A stretch of 10,452 bases of DNA from Geosiphon pyriformis uo1 (taxonomy: Eukaryota; Fungi; Glomeromycota): NCBI GenBank assembly GCA_016748015.1, contig JAAOMT010000326.1, positions 107,892 to 118,343 of the forward strand, given 5' to 3'. The notes beneath the pieces are model-generated. The model did no database searches. It had not been told where the DNA came from and saw only the letters and a list, made by a program, of their open reading frames with translations. This document shows, piece after piece, positions 1 through 8,427 of the stretch. Numbering within the stretch: position 1 is the stretch's first letter; every line of letters starts with the position of its first letter. Position numbers and translations under genes: made by a program.

Positions 1-731
1 TAATATTATTTAATTTGTTATTTTTTAATTTATTTTATAAATTATAATAATTTTACAAACTTTTTTTGTATATAATATTATTTAAATAAAAAATAACAAT
101 AATAATAATATTTTTAATTAATTAATTAAATATTAATATTATAAATAATAATAAAAATTTTAAAAATATTTATAAGTAATATTAATATCTTGTAATTTTT
201 TTATTAATATTAATATTAATAAATACAATTTAACCACTATTTAATATGATATTACTATTTAAAATTTTAAATTAAACATAATTTATACTATTATTAAAAG
301 TTTTTTTACTCTTTTTTTAATATTATTAATGTTATTTTACTGTTAATTTTACTGTTAATAGAAATTAGCAAATTTTTAATAAGTTAATTCGTCTTTTAAA
401 ATATTTTTTTATACTTTGAACTATATATGCTGTTGAATTTATAATAAACTGGCCAATTTATATCAATTATTTGTACAATTACTTTGTAGTAAAAGTCAAC
501 TTTTTTACCAAAAAATTTTATTTATAAGTTTTTTAATTAATATATAATTACTTTGCTATAAAAGTTAATTTTTTTACAAAAAATTTTGACTGTAAATTAT
601 CTAATAATATAAAAAAAATAATGAAAAAAAATATAATTAAGAAAAAAAAATAAAAAATTATACTAAAAAAGTTATTTTGAATTTAAGCCTAAAGATTATT
701 ATAAAAAAATTTTAAAAAAATAAAAAAAAAA
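1..731. other. Extremely AT-rich non-coding flank, probably old eroded repeat DNA
   Basis: Almost only A/T, with long A and T runs and no ORF in the track. Composition shifts to GC-richer sequence from about 820 onward. Confidence 0.6.
477..607. repeat. Diverged tandem duplication, 69-bp period, 2 copies
   Basis: aattactttgtagtaaaagtcaacttttttaccaaaaaatttt (from 477) aligns with aattactttgctataaaagttaatttttttacaaaaaatttt (from 546). Confidence 0.75.
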
Positions 732-1398
732 CTTCTTTCTCTTCTTTATTTAAAATTCTCCAAAAAGAGTTAAAAGTTTTTTCGAAAGAAGTTTTTTACC
801 ATTCAGTATAATAAATCAAAACCATTCTTCAATTACAAGGCCACTGTTGGCTCTGTTATTGCTGTTATGAAGAAGACAATTAAAATTTCTGGTTCTGAAA
901 GTGGTTTCAAGGCAGTTGTGTCAAGGAAGAAGAGGAAGGAAGGTGTGTTGGCAAAGAGTATTGATAATAGAAGAGTTGCTGTTGAGACTCCTAGTGCTTA
1001 TTGTTACAGGTAAACTTGGTGGGTATGGGAAATGGTAATGTTTGGTGCTCTCAATTATTGATGATACGTCTTCCATGTAATTCTGTTGGCTTAGTCTTGA
1101 TTATCAGTCTCTGAAGGTCTATTCCTGGATGTGAATTTTACCCATTAAGTTCTTTGGTTATAAGGCACAGAGTTTGTCTTTCGTCAATTGCAACGTTTTT
1201 CATAAATGTGAGCTTTCTTCTCTGAGCTAACGAGCACAGTCATTAGGGTCTGGCATTGTTTTTTTGCCCTTCTGGTAAGCTAACAAGATAAAATTAATAT
1301 CCAAAACTTAGAGGAAGCTTCCCTCTTTTACCAGGCTATCACAAAGTTTATTTCCAGACAGTCAATTTTACTATGTTGCCGCTCCACAAAAATAAGAC

Positions 1399-1406
1399 AG
1401 AAAAAG

Positions 1407-1440
<34 letters not shown>

Positions 1441-1447
1441 GAAAAGA
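1399..1447. repeat. 49-nt polypurine tract, roughly (A9-10G)n
   Basis: Uninterrupted A/G run with G at 1406, 1416, 1427 and 1437. Confidence 0.85.
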
Positions 1448-1626
1448 TAAATTAGTATTGTCAATTGCTGTAATCAAGAGCAATTGGTCCAAATCATTAA
1501 TAAGTTTGAGGTGGTTATGCTAAGAGCATCTGTTTTAGAATGGAGGTATGAGACAAGGGTTAATTCACGTAAATTCCATGAAGTTCGAGAACATGAATTT
1601 GTGATTCTGATTTCTTTAATAATTGG

Positions 1627-1632
1627 TTTATT
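1627..1632 (-). terminator. Candidate LTR polyadenylation signal AATAAA
   Basis: TTTATT on +, about 115 nt downstream of the minus-strand TATA box. A weak motif in AT-rich DNA, and a second one occurs at 1347-1352. Confidence 0.3.
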
Positions 1633-1744
1633 TCAGGAGATAAAATAGGGAAGATAATAAAGGATGAAAGGGTATGGATATTTTAATTCTGGTCTAAAGG
1701 TTTGTATCTATCTGTCTGTCTTTTCTTACTTCTACAACTACTTG

Positions 1745-1752
1745 CTTTTATA
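1745..1752 (-). promoter_or_regulatory. Candidate LTR TATA box TATAAAAG
   Basis: CTTTTATA on + is a consensus TATAWAAR on -. It lies about 90 nt downstream of the 10-bp repeat array in a U3-like order. Confidence 0.45.
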
Positions 1753-1840
1753 CATTCTTTTGGTTTTACAGAATTGCTTTCAATTGTCTCACTATTACTA
1801 GCTATTGCTTTGTTGTTTTTGTTATTGCTTCATTTTTCTA

Positions 1841-2020
1841 CATTATCACTAGTTATCCTATGTTATAACACGTTATCTGACGTTATTACATATTATTCTG
1901 TATTATAACACATTATCTTACATTATTGCACACTATTCTGTATTATCCTGTATTATAATACGTTATCCTATGTTATAACGCGTTATCCAATGTTATTGCA
2001 CATTATTCTGTATTATGTCA
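1841..2020. repeat. 10-bp-period minisatellite, 18 units, consensus YRTTATnnnn, with higher-order 40/60-bp duplications
   Basis: Ungapped units such as tgttataaca cgttatctga cgttattaca tattattctg tattataaca. 1851-1910 resembles 1961-2020, and 1861-1900 resembles 1901-1940. Confidence 0.92.
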
Positions 2021-3104
2021 CATTTTGGTCATGTTTCTTCATAACTTTGGATTAGTTTTTCTACTCAGGTAACATTGTTCATGGGGTTCTGAAACAGGTG
2101 ACATTACTGAGTCTGAGAGTATTGACATGGAGGAGGAGTGCTTGGTTAAAGAAACCAGTGTTGACTATAGTAAGAGTGGTGCTTTCACAGAAGGGGATCT
2201 TAATCAAATGCCAAAGAGTTTGTGTATGAAGACCAAAAAGGTGTTAGGGAAGTCTCTGGGTGTGATTGATTATGATACTGTCAGTACAAATGATAACATG
2301 TTGGACAATTCCTTTCTTCTTCCGCCTCCTCTACCTATCAAACCGACTGTTCAGGTGCCTGTTTGCAAATTTTTTGCTTTAGATATTGATCTTGTGGCCA
2401 TTGCTGGGAAGTCCTTTCAAGAAAAATTGAGTTTTATTAGGAAAATTTTTTCAAGTGTTAATGGTTTTGGGGGGGCTTCTACTCCCTCAAAATTTGGTGG
2501 GATTATTTGTGTGACTTTCACTTTGGAAAAGGCAATGATGGCTGCTGGAAAGTTGGCAAATGATTGTGGTGTTGTGGTAAACACCAATCTTAAGTGCCCT
2601 GTAAACAACCATATGGATTGAGCAATTGTGATAAAAGAAATTCCTGTGGGAACTTTTATGGAGGCTGTGCGCACTGTCGTGTCTGAGTTTGGATTGATTA
2701 AGTTGATCAAGATGCAGCTTGTGGATCTGTGGCAAAAGGCAATTATTGAATTAGAAAATCAGAATCAGGCTGATTTCTTAGCATTCAAATGGTCTATTCT
2801 TATTGGAAAGGATGCAGTATGTGTGGCCAGGGCCAATGTTGACAAACAGACATGAGATTTCAGGGATGAATTCAGGGTACTGCTATACACTCTTTCTGTA
2901 GAGACAAATACTCATGACCTTTGGGATTTTGTTGGTTTGGTTGGTGGGAAAACATGTGTCATTAATTACAATCCTGTTAACTATGCCTGTGCTTACTGTG
3001 CTACTGTTTGCTTTGGGTCTGAATCTGATCTGGTTAGTGCAATGGCTGCAACCCCAGTTATAAAAGGGATTGGCCTTTGCTGGTCCCACTTTTCTTTGGC
3101 ACTG

Positions 3105-3146
3105 TGCTCAGTCTGCAGTCTTTCAGGTCATACATCTCTTAATTGT
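3105..3146 (+). other. ORF1 zinc knuckle C-X2-C-X4-H-X4-C
   Basis: CSVCSLSGHTSLNC matches the gag-type knuckle spacing exactly. Confidence 0.9.
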
Positions 3147-3756
3147 GCTTCAGTTAAAGTTGGTTCGACCTTAAGGAACAGAAAGGCACCTTTTTCTGCT
3201 CAGGATTAGGTCAGATTGGCAACTATCTACGCTCGGAAATTCGCGCCCATTTCTTGTCTATTGGTCTTTAGTGATAAGACTTGGACATCAGTTGTTGGTG
3301 CTCCTCTGGTGTGCAATTCTCATGGTACTGGTTTGCTTATTGGTTCTAACAATGTTGGTAAACCTTTCCCTTCTGCTGTGGATGATTTGGAAAAATGTTT
3401 GGTTTGTATTGAAAGCAGTCTTGTCAGCCTTACAGGACAAATTGGTAAGTTGGCTAAAAGGTTGGAATTGTTCGTGCCAGCAGTTTTTCAGCCTAGCTCT
3501 GGATGTCAGCTGCCAGTGACCCCCCATCACAGAATCAAGGGGAGGATATAGTGATGAGAATAGGTTCGAGTAATGCCACTAGTAATAAGACTGCTGCCGT
3601 TCTGGGTTCAACTGCCTCACCTGAAGTTGTGAAATTGGAAAACATGTTGGAAGGTCTCTCTGCTTTAGTCATGAGCCTATCAGCACGCTTGGATGGTTTG
3701 GCTTTGGTGGGTGGTGCTCTTCCTTTACCTCTTTCTCAATGAGTGGTCTGGTATAG

Positions 3757-4430
3757 AAAATTGCCATGTGTAATGTTTGTGGATTGAACAATTCTGTGAA
3801 GCAAGATGATGTTATTCGTTGGCACAAAAATATGAACAATTTAGTTTCTATTTTTATGGAGTTAAAGCTTAAAGGAAAAGTTCGCTCATGGTTGGCCGAC
3901 AAATTTGATGGTATTTGGGTCTTTATTTCTGGTCTGGATTCTGGTTCTATGAGTGCTGGGGTGTTGATTGTCATGAATTTTTCTTTGGCAAGACATGTCT
4001 GCAAGGTCTTTGAGGTGCCTGGTCAGCTCCTATCCATCAAGTTGCTTTTCAAAGATAAACTCTCAATATCTATTTTGGGGATCTATGTAGATGCTTCATC
4101 GGTGGTTTGGTTTTTTTAGGCTGATAAGATCAACTCTCTCATTGCTAAAGCCATCAATGAGTCTTCTTTTATTATTCTCGGTGGTGATTTTAATGAGGAT
4201 GGTTCTCACAAATATGCCAGTTTCAAGAAATGTTTTGATTTGGGTTTGATTAACTCTCTGGGGGGGAGCTCTTTTGTGAAGTCACCTACTTGGTACAATT
4301 CTTGTGGTATTACTAAGACAATTGAATATGTGTTCATTTCTTCTAATTTGGTTGGTGCAGTGGTGGATTGTGGTGTGGATGGTATTGAGGACTATTTTAA
4401 TACTGATCACAAGACTGTTTATGTTTCTGT
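3757..4430 (+). other. APE-type (EEP) endonuclease domain of ORF2
   Basis: KIAMCNVCGLN (NVxG motif), ELKL (catalytic Glu), AGVLI, IILGGDFN (GDFN 4183-4194), PTW, IEYVF (IDY-like) and TDH (4402-4410). Confidence 0.92.
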
Positions 4431-5286
4431 GGAACTGGGTGGCCTGCTCGATGTCCAGTTGAGTTCACTGTGCAAACAAGCAAATAAAAATTGTTAGAAG
4501 TATAATATCAGAAATGCCAGTGAGGTTAAGTGGTCAGAATTCAGGAATGCTACAGCTGTTAATGCTGTTATGTTCTCAGATAAGTTTGTTGCAGCTGAAT
4601 AGTTTTCTGATCTGAATATGATGTGGGACATTGTTTATAAGATTATGGTTCTTTCAGCTGGTGGAATGTTCAAGAAAAAATGGTTTAAGAGTTTTGATTA
4701 TGTATTTAATAAGGTTTTTTTCTGGTTTCATAAACTGAAGCTACTTGTGTCTAAACTGGTGAAGGCTTCTTGGTTGGTTTCTGGCAGGAATTTTGCCTCG
4801 TTGTTGGATACTTGGAACAGGCTTGATTCTGTGAGCACTTTGCCAATGAAATCTCTGTTTCTTTCTGGTGCCGATTTTGATGCGATCTGTTCTGGGCTGG
4901 CTAAGGCGAGAAAGTTTTACCGCTCTTCTAAGTTGTTGGAATCTAAGCATGCTAAAGAATCTAGTGTAAGACAGACTATTGAGAGGAGGATGGAGAGTTT
5001 TGAGGTGGATAAGAGTCATACCATTAGGAGTGTTTTGGAGCATCCTTTTCATAAAGTGGTGTTAGATCATTTGGTGGATGGTGGGAAGTTGGTCTTGGAG
5101 CCTGAGTTGGTTAAATCTAAGGTGGATGGAATCATAGAGGGTTAGACTAGGAAACATGTGGTGGCTTCTGATATCTCTGGTGATTGGGCAAAACAATTTT
5201 GGCCTTTAGATCATGTCTTCAATGGTGCCTTCTCTGATGTAATGCATTCAATCGGTTTTGATGAGATGTTTAGTGTTATTTCAAAT

Positions 5287-6270
5287 TTGCCTGATGAGAA
5301 AGCAGCTGGTCTTTTTGGTATCACTAATGAACTTTGAAAACACTGTAACAAGTCAGTCTTGGATATGCTTTTGGTGTTCTTAAATTTTTGTTTGGATTGT
5401 GAATCAGTGCCTGGACCTTGGAGGAAAGCCTGGGTCTCGATGATACTTAAACCTTACGAGTGGGAGGAGGTTCTTACAAATACCCATCCCATTGCTTTGA
5501 TTGAGACAGCTCGCAAGATTTTTTCTAAGATTCTTTCAGATTAGATCTCTCTGGCTTGTAGCACTTTTGATGTCCTCTGTGGAGACAATTTCTCTGTCCT
5601 GAAAGGTACGTCCACTCAATCACCTATCTTTGCTATTGGTTTAGTGATCAAAGATGTTTTAGAAAAGAACCAAGAGTTGTGACTGGTTTTACAGAATATG
5701 CGCAAAGCTTATGATTCTGTTGGTTGGGAGCATTTCAAGAGGAGTTTGGTTAGGATCAAAATGTGTGACAAATTTATCAGATTTTTTGGTAGTATTCATA
5801 ATGATTGCACTAACAGAGTGATGACAGATTTTGGTTTGATTGATGGATATTATGTTCATGATGGATTGAATTAGGGGGAGGTTTTTTTGCCACTTCTCTG
5901 GCACATATTTTATGACTTGCTTTTGTGTAAGGTTAAGAAGCAGAAGAGCATTTGTGATTACAGATTGATTTCTCATTTCGTTTCTAAGAATGGCTGGCTG
6001 GAATTTCAAGCTGGGCTGATGTCATTTCTGGCCGCTGGTGCTTTTGTTGATGATACTATCTGGGTTGGTAGCAGCCAGACTGCTACACAACACATCCTCA
6101 ATGTTGCTAGTGATTTTTTTTGTTTAAATAACATTTTGATAAACAATGACAAGACTGTAGCTATTTCTATCAACTGTTAGGTCACTGCTCCTTATCTAAC
6201 TATCAGTGGTCTGCTAATTTCCATTGCTAAAAGAGATGAACCTCATTATTATCTAGGGATTTTTTTATCT
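5287..6270 (+). other. Non-LTR reverse transcriptase domain of ORF2
   Basis: LPDEKAAGLFGI (domain 0), PGPWRKAWVSMILKP, NTHPIAL, LQNMRKAYDSV (DxxKAFD motif with D>N), GLN*GEVFLPLLW (QG..SP motif), AFVDDT (FVDD 6043-6054), INNDKT and YLG (6250-6258). Confidence 0.93.
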
Positions 6271-7140
6271 TCTGAAGATTTTTCAAAGCCTAGCTTGGTT
6301 AAGGCACATTCGAATGTTCGGTTTTTTACCAATCTCATTCTAAAAAAATTTGTTTTGGATAAACAGTTTGCTTATTTGGTGTCTTCAGTTCTCTTTTCTA
6401 TCGTCAGCTACAGAATTCAGTTCAGTTATATTTCTCTTAGTGTGTGTAATAAATGTGACACTTTGATTTGCAAGGGTTTGAAATCCAAATCTGGACTGCC
6501 TCTGAACTTTTTCAATAATGTGCTTCATCATCCTTCCTTGTACAATTTAAAAACTTTTGAGCAGATTCAGGCTGAGAGCAAGTCAGCTTCTGTCATTGCT
6601 TTTGTGAATTCAGTTGGTGTTTTGGGTTGCTTGTTTTCTCATAGGTCTCATGATCTCTAGATTCTTAGCTGGTGTCCTCATTACCCTTTGTTGTTTCCTG
6701 CTTGTGTTAGAGTCAGCCCTTCAGACAACTTTTTGGCAGATGTGGTTCATATTTTTTCCGGGTTTGATTTGTCTTTAAGTGGCTCTCTGGCTGGTGCTTT
6801 TCATCTTCGAAGTGGTACCCCTATGTCTTTAGTTCTCGGCAAGATAATTTTTTTCAAATGTATCTCTTCCCTCAGGCATTATGGTGTTGCTTTCGTAGAA
6901 CAGCTTTATGACCAGAATGGTGTTGTTTTTGATTAGAAGACTTTCAAGTATTGGAAAAGACTGGACCCCCATGGTCTGGTCCCCTCCTGGTTTGATCTCT
7001 CTGTACATTTTCTTGGTGGTGTTGCTTCTTCTTTAGGTCGTTCTTCTCATGAGGGTGTTTGTAGCTCTTCTGATATCCATCAGTCTCTTGGTTTTGGTGT
7101 TATTTGTAATGATATGTTGAATGTTGGTGCCACCCACCTC

Positions 7141-7530
7141 TTTGTGTACACAGATAGATCTCTGAATAATTTGGGCACTGTTGACATATTGGCTGGTGCT
7201 GCAGTTTTCTTTGAGAACATTGATTCAGGTCTGGGTGTAGAGGTTTCTGGTTTGGTTTCTTCTACTTTGGCGGAGTTGCAGGCCATTGCTTTGGCTCTTG
7301 AGTGTGTTTTTTCTTTTTGGTCAGTTGACTTGTTCTCGGACAGCCAGGCGGCTATAGATGCTTGCAGGTTGGAGTCTTTATCAGTTGGCCCCAATTTCAG
7401 GAATTGTTGTTGAATTGAGCATCATCACATTGCCAATGTCATTCATTGCAAAAATTTGGATGTTAATTGGATTAAGGTTAAGGGCCATTTGGGTGTTTCA
7501 GGCAACAAGCGTGCTGATGTGCTGGCAAAG
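7141..7530 (+). other. RNase HI domain of ORF2
   Basis: VYTDRS (YTDGS-like), AELQAI, FSDSQAA and WIKVKGHLGVSGNKRAD. The acidic D-E-D-D tetrad and the His loop are recognisable. Confidence 0.93.
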
Positions 7531-7884
7531 AATGCTGCCCTTTCTGCCTGGCACCTGCCTTACTTGGTCAGTAAGAGGTTTTTGAAGGCTGGTGTTGATA
7601 CAGTTTTTGGTAATTCAAGACATTTTGTTTGTGACATTTTCAGGTCAATCCATCGTGCGCATTGGGAGATTGGTTCTGGTTTCCAGTTTGTTCCAGGTTG
7701 TTTGCATGCTGATGTTGACTGGTTGAGATCTTCTCTGGTGTGGCACCTGGATTCCCACATGGCAACTGGTTTTACTAGTAGTCGGATGGCTGGCTTTCAT
7801 ACATATTTCATGAAAGCTCTTCATTATCACTTTCCTGTTGCTGTGTGAAAGCGTCTGTATGATAAGAGTTATTCCAGTGTGATT

Positions 7885-7932
7885 TGTTTGTTTTGTGGTG
7901 AGGTTGAGGTCTCAGACCATGTTTTTTCTTGT
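7885..7932 (+). other. ORF2 C-terminal zinc finger C-X2-C-X7-H-X3-C
   Basis: CLFCGEVEVSDHVFSC. Copy 2 has CLFCGEVEFSDHAFTC. Confidence 0.88.
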
Positions 7933-8427
7933 TTTTCTGACGCTAATAGTCACACCAGTTTGTTGGACACTTATGCAGCTGCCTGGGAGATGCATTCTGG
8001 TCTGTCTCGTTCTTTTTTTTGCATATTGTAATTGTTATCGACTTGCATTTTGGATGTGACTGTCAGTACGGCTCTGTATAAAGGCTTTGTTTTCAATGAT
8101 TGGTATTACGAGTCTGTTTCTGTTTACAAGGATCCTAAAGTGGCAGTGGTTAATGTTGTGAATTTTGTACGTAAGTTTTGTCTTGCATTTTGTGATAATA
8201 TCTGGCTGGTCTGTGCAAAACACCAGGCCATTATAGAGAAGAATAAGCTGATTCCACGTGATGGTTTCATTTCTGTCACAGTTTCTGGTTTTTCTGCATG
8301 GCTTTTGGCTGGGCTGATTAGGTTGTTGGGGGTTGCTGATGCATTTGGCATCAGTTTTGGATATTGTAAGCATTGTTTGTTTTATGCTGGTGTTGATAAC
8401 ATGGCTTCTGTTCATATAAGTGCATAG

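Larger units (their letters stand above)
1002..2074 (-). mobile_element. Solo-LTR-like insertion (1073 bp) nested in LINE ORF1
   Basis: Termini TGTTAC (1002-1007) and GTAACA (2069-2074) form a perfect 6-bp inverted repeat with TG...CA ends. Flanks TTAT (998-1001) and TTGT (2075-2078) form a 4-bp TSD with one transition. Removing the insertion plus one TSD restores the ORF1 frame. No convincing coding content. Orientation is inferred from the minus-strand TATA and AATAAA order. Confidence 0.8.
867..3742 (+). pseudogene. LINE ORF1 (gag-like nucleic-acid-binding protein, about 600 aa reconstructed), split by an insertion
   Basis: ATG 867 gives MKKTIKISGSESGFKAVVSRKKRKEG...ETPSAY (to 1001). After removing 1002-2078 the frame continues as SWGSETGDITESESIDMEEECL. 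Track ORFs 2127, 2628, 2937 and 3216 share one frame, separated by stops at 2619 (TGA), 2853 (TGA) and 3207 (TAG). There is one frame change near the C6 run at 3520-3525, and the stop is TGA 3740-3742. RRM-like segments (AIVIKEIPVGT...KAIIEL; LLYTL...CATVCF) are judged by eye. Confidence 0.85.
3739..8427 (+). pseudogene. LINE ORF2 polyprotein (APE endonuclease - reverse transcriptase - RNase H - CCHC), 1563 codons with 15 internal stops
   Basis: ATG 3739 overlaps the ORF1 stop (ATGA). Track ORFs 3766, 4240, 4618, 5359, 5887, 6295, 6688, 7114, 7456 and 8032 are all in this frame. Stops read by hand at 3754, 4117, 4495, 4600, 5143, 5335, 5542, 5680, 5872, 6178, 6658, 6934, 7411, 7846 and 8029. 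Confidence 0.95.

Noticed and set aside
335-358. 12-bp tandem duplication (ttttactgttaa x2), and a similar 20-bp duplication near 8880-8920
   Set aside because: These are expected slippage products in very AT-rich DNA, with no sign of function.
1702-1908. 68-aa hydrophobic ORF resembling a membrane peptide
   Set aside because: It has a TTG start and lies in T-rich LTR sequence running into the minisatellite. The hydrophobicity follows from base composition.
1841-2020. CRISPR-like array
   Set aside because: The units are 10 bp with no unique spacers, there are no cas genes, and the context is eukaryotic TE DNA.
1007-2072. CAGGTAA as a 7-bp TSD defining alternative insertion boundaries
   Set aside because: The resulting empty site would leave an in-frame TAA and both TGTTAC/GTAACA ends in ORF1. 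The 1002-2074 boundaries restore a clean frame.
1002-2074. MITE or Ginger-type DNA transposon (TGT...ACA ends, 4-bp TSD)
   Set aside because: The terminal inverted repeat stops after 6 bp, shorter than expected for those elements. A solo LTR fits better, though it is unproven without a full-length relative.
3515-3530. Programmed ribosomal frameshift at the C6 run in ORF1
   Set aside because: There is no canonical slippery heptamer. A 1-bp homopolymer deletion or sequencing error in a dead copy is simpler.
5287-6270. Bacterial RT system (retron, group II intron, DGR)
   Set aside because: The RT is fused to APE, RNase H and CCHC domains downstream of a gag-like ORF1 and has an A-rich tail, which is a LINE architecture.
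2417-8415. Numerous minus-strand and alternate-frame ORFs over LINE copy 1 (and the reciprocal ones over copy 2)
   Set aside because: These are shadows of the strand-skewed LINE ORFs, with no recognisable motifs.
3739-8427. Stop-codon reassignment or programmed readthrough making ORF2 intact
   Set aside because: All three stop types occur and replace different residues (W, Q, R). Catalytic motifs are also damaged (RT D>N), so this is decay.
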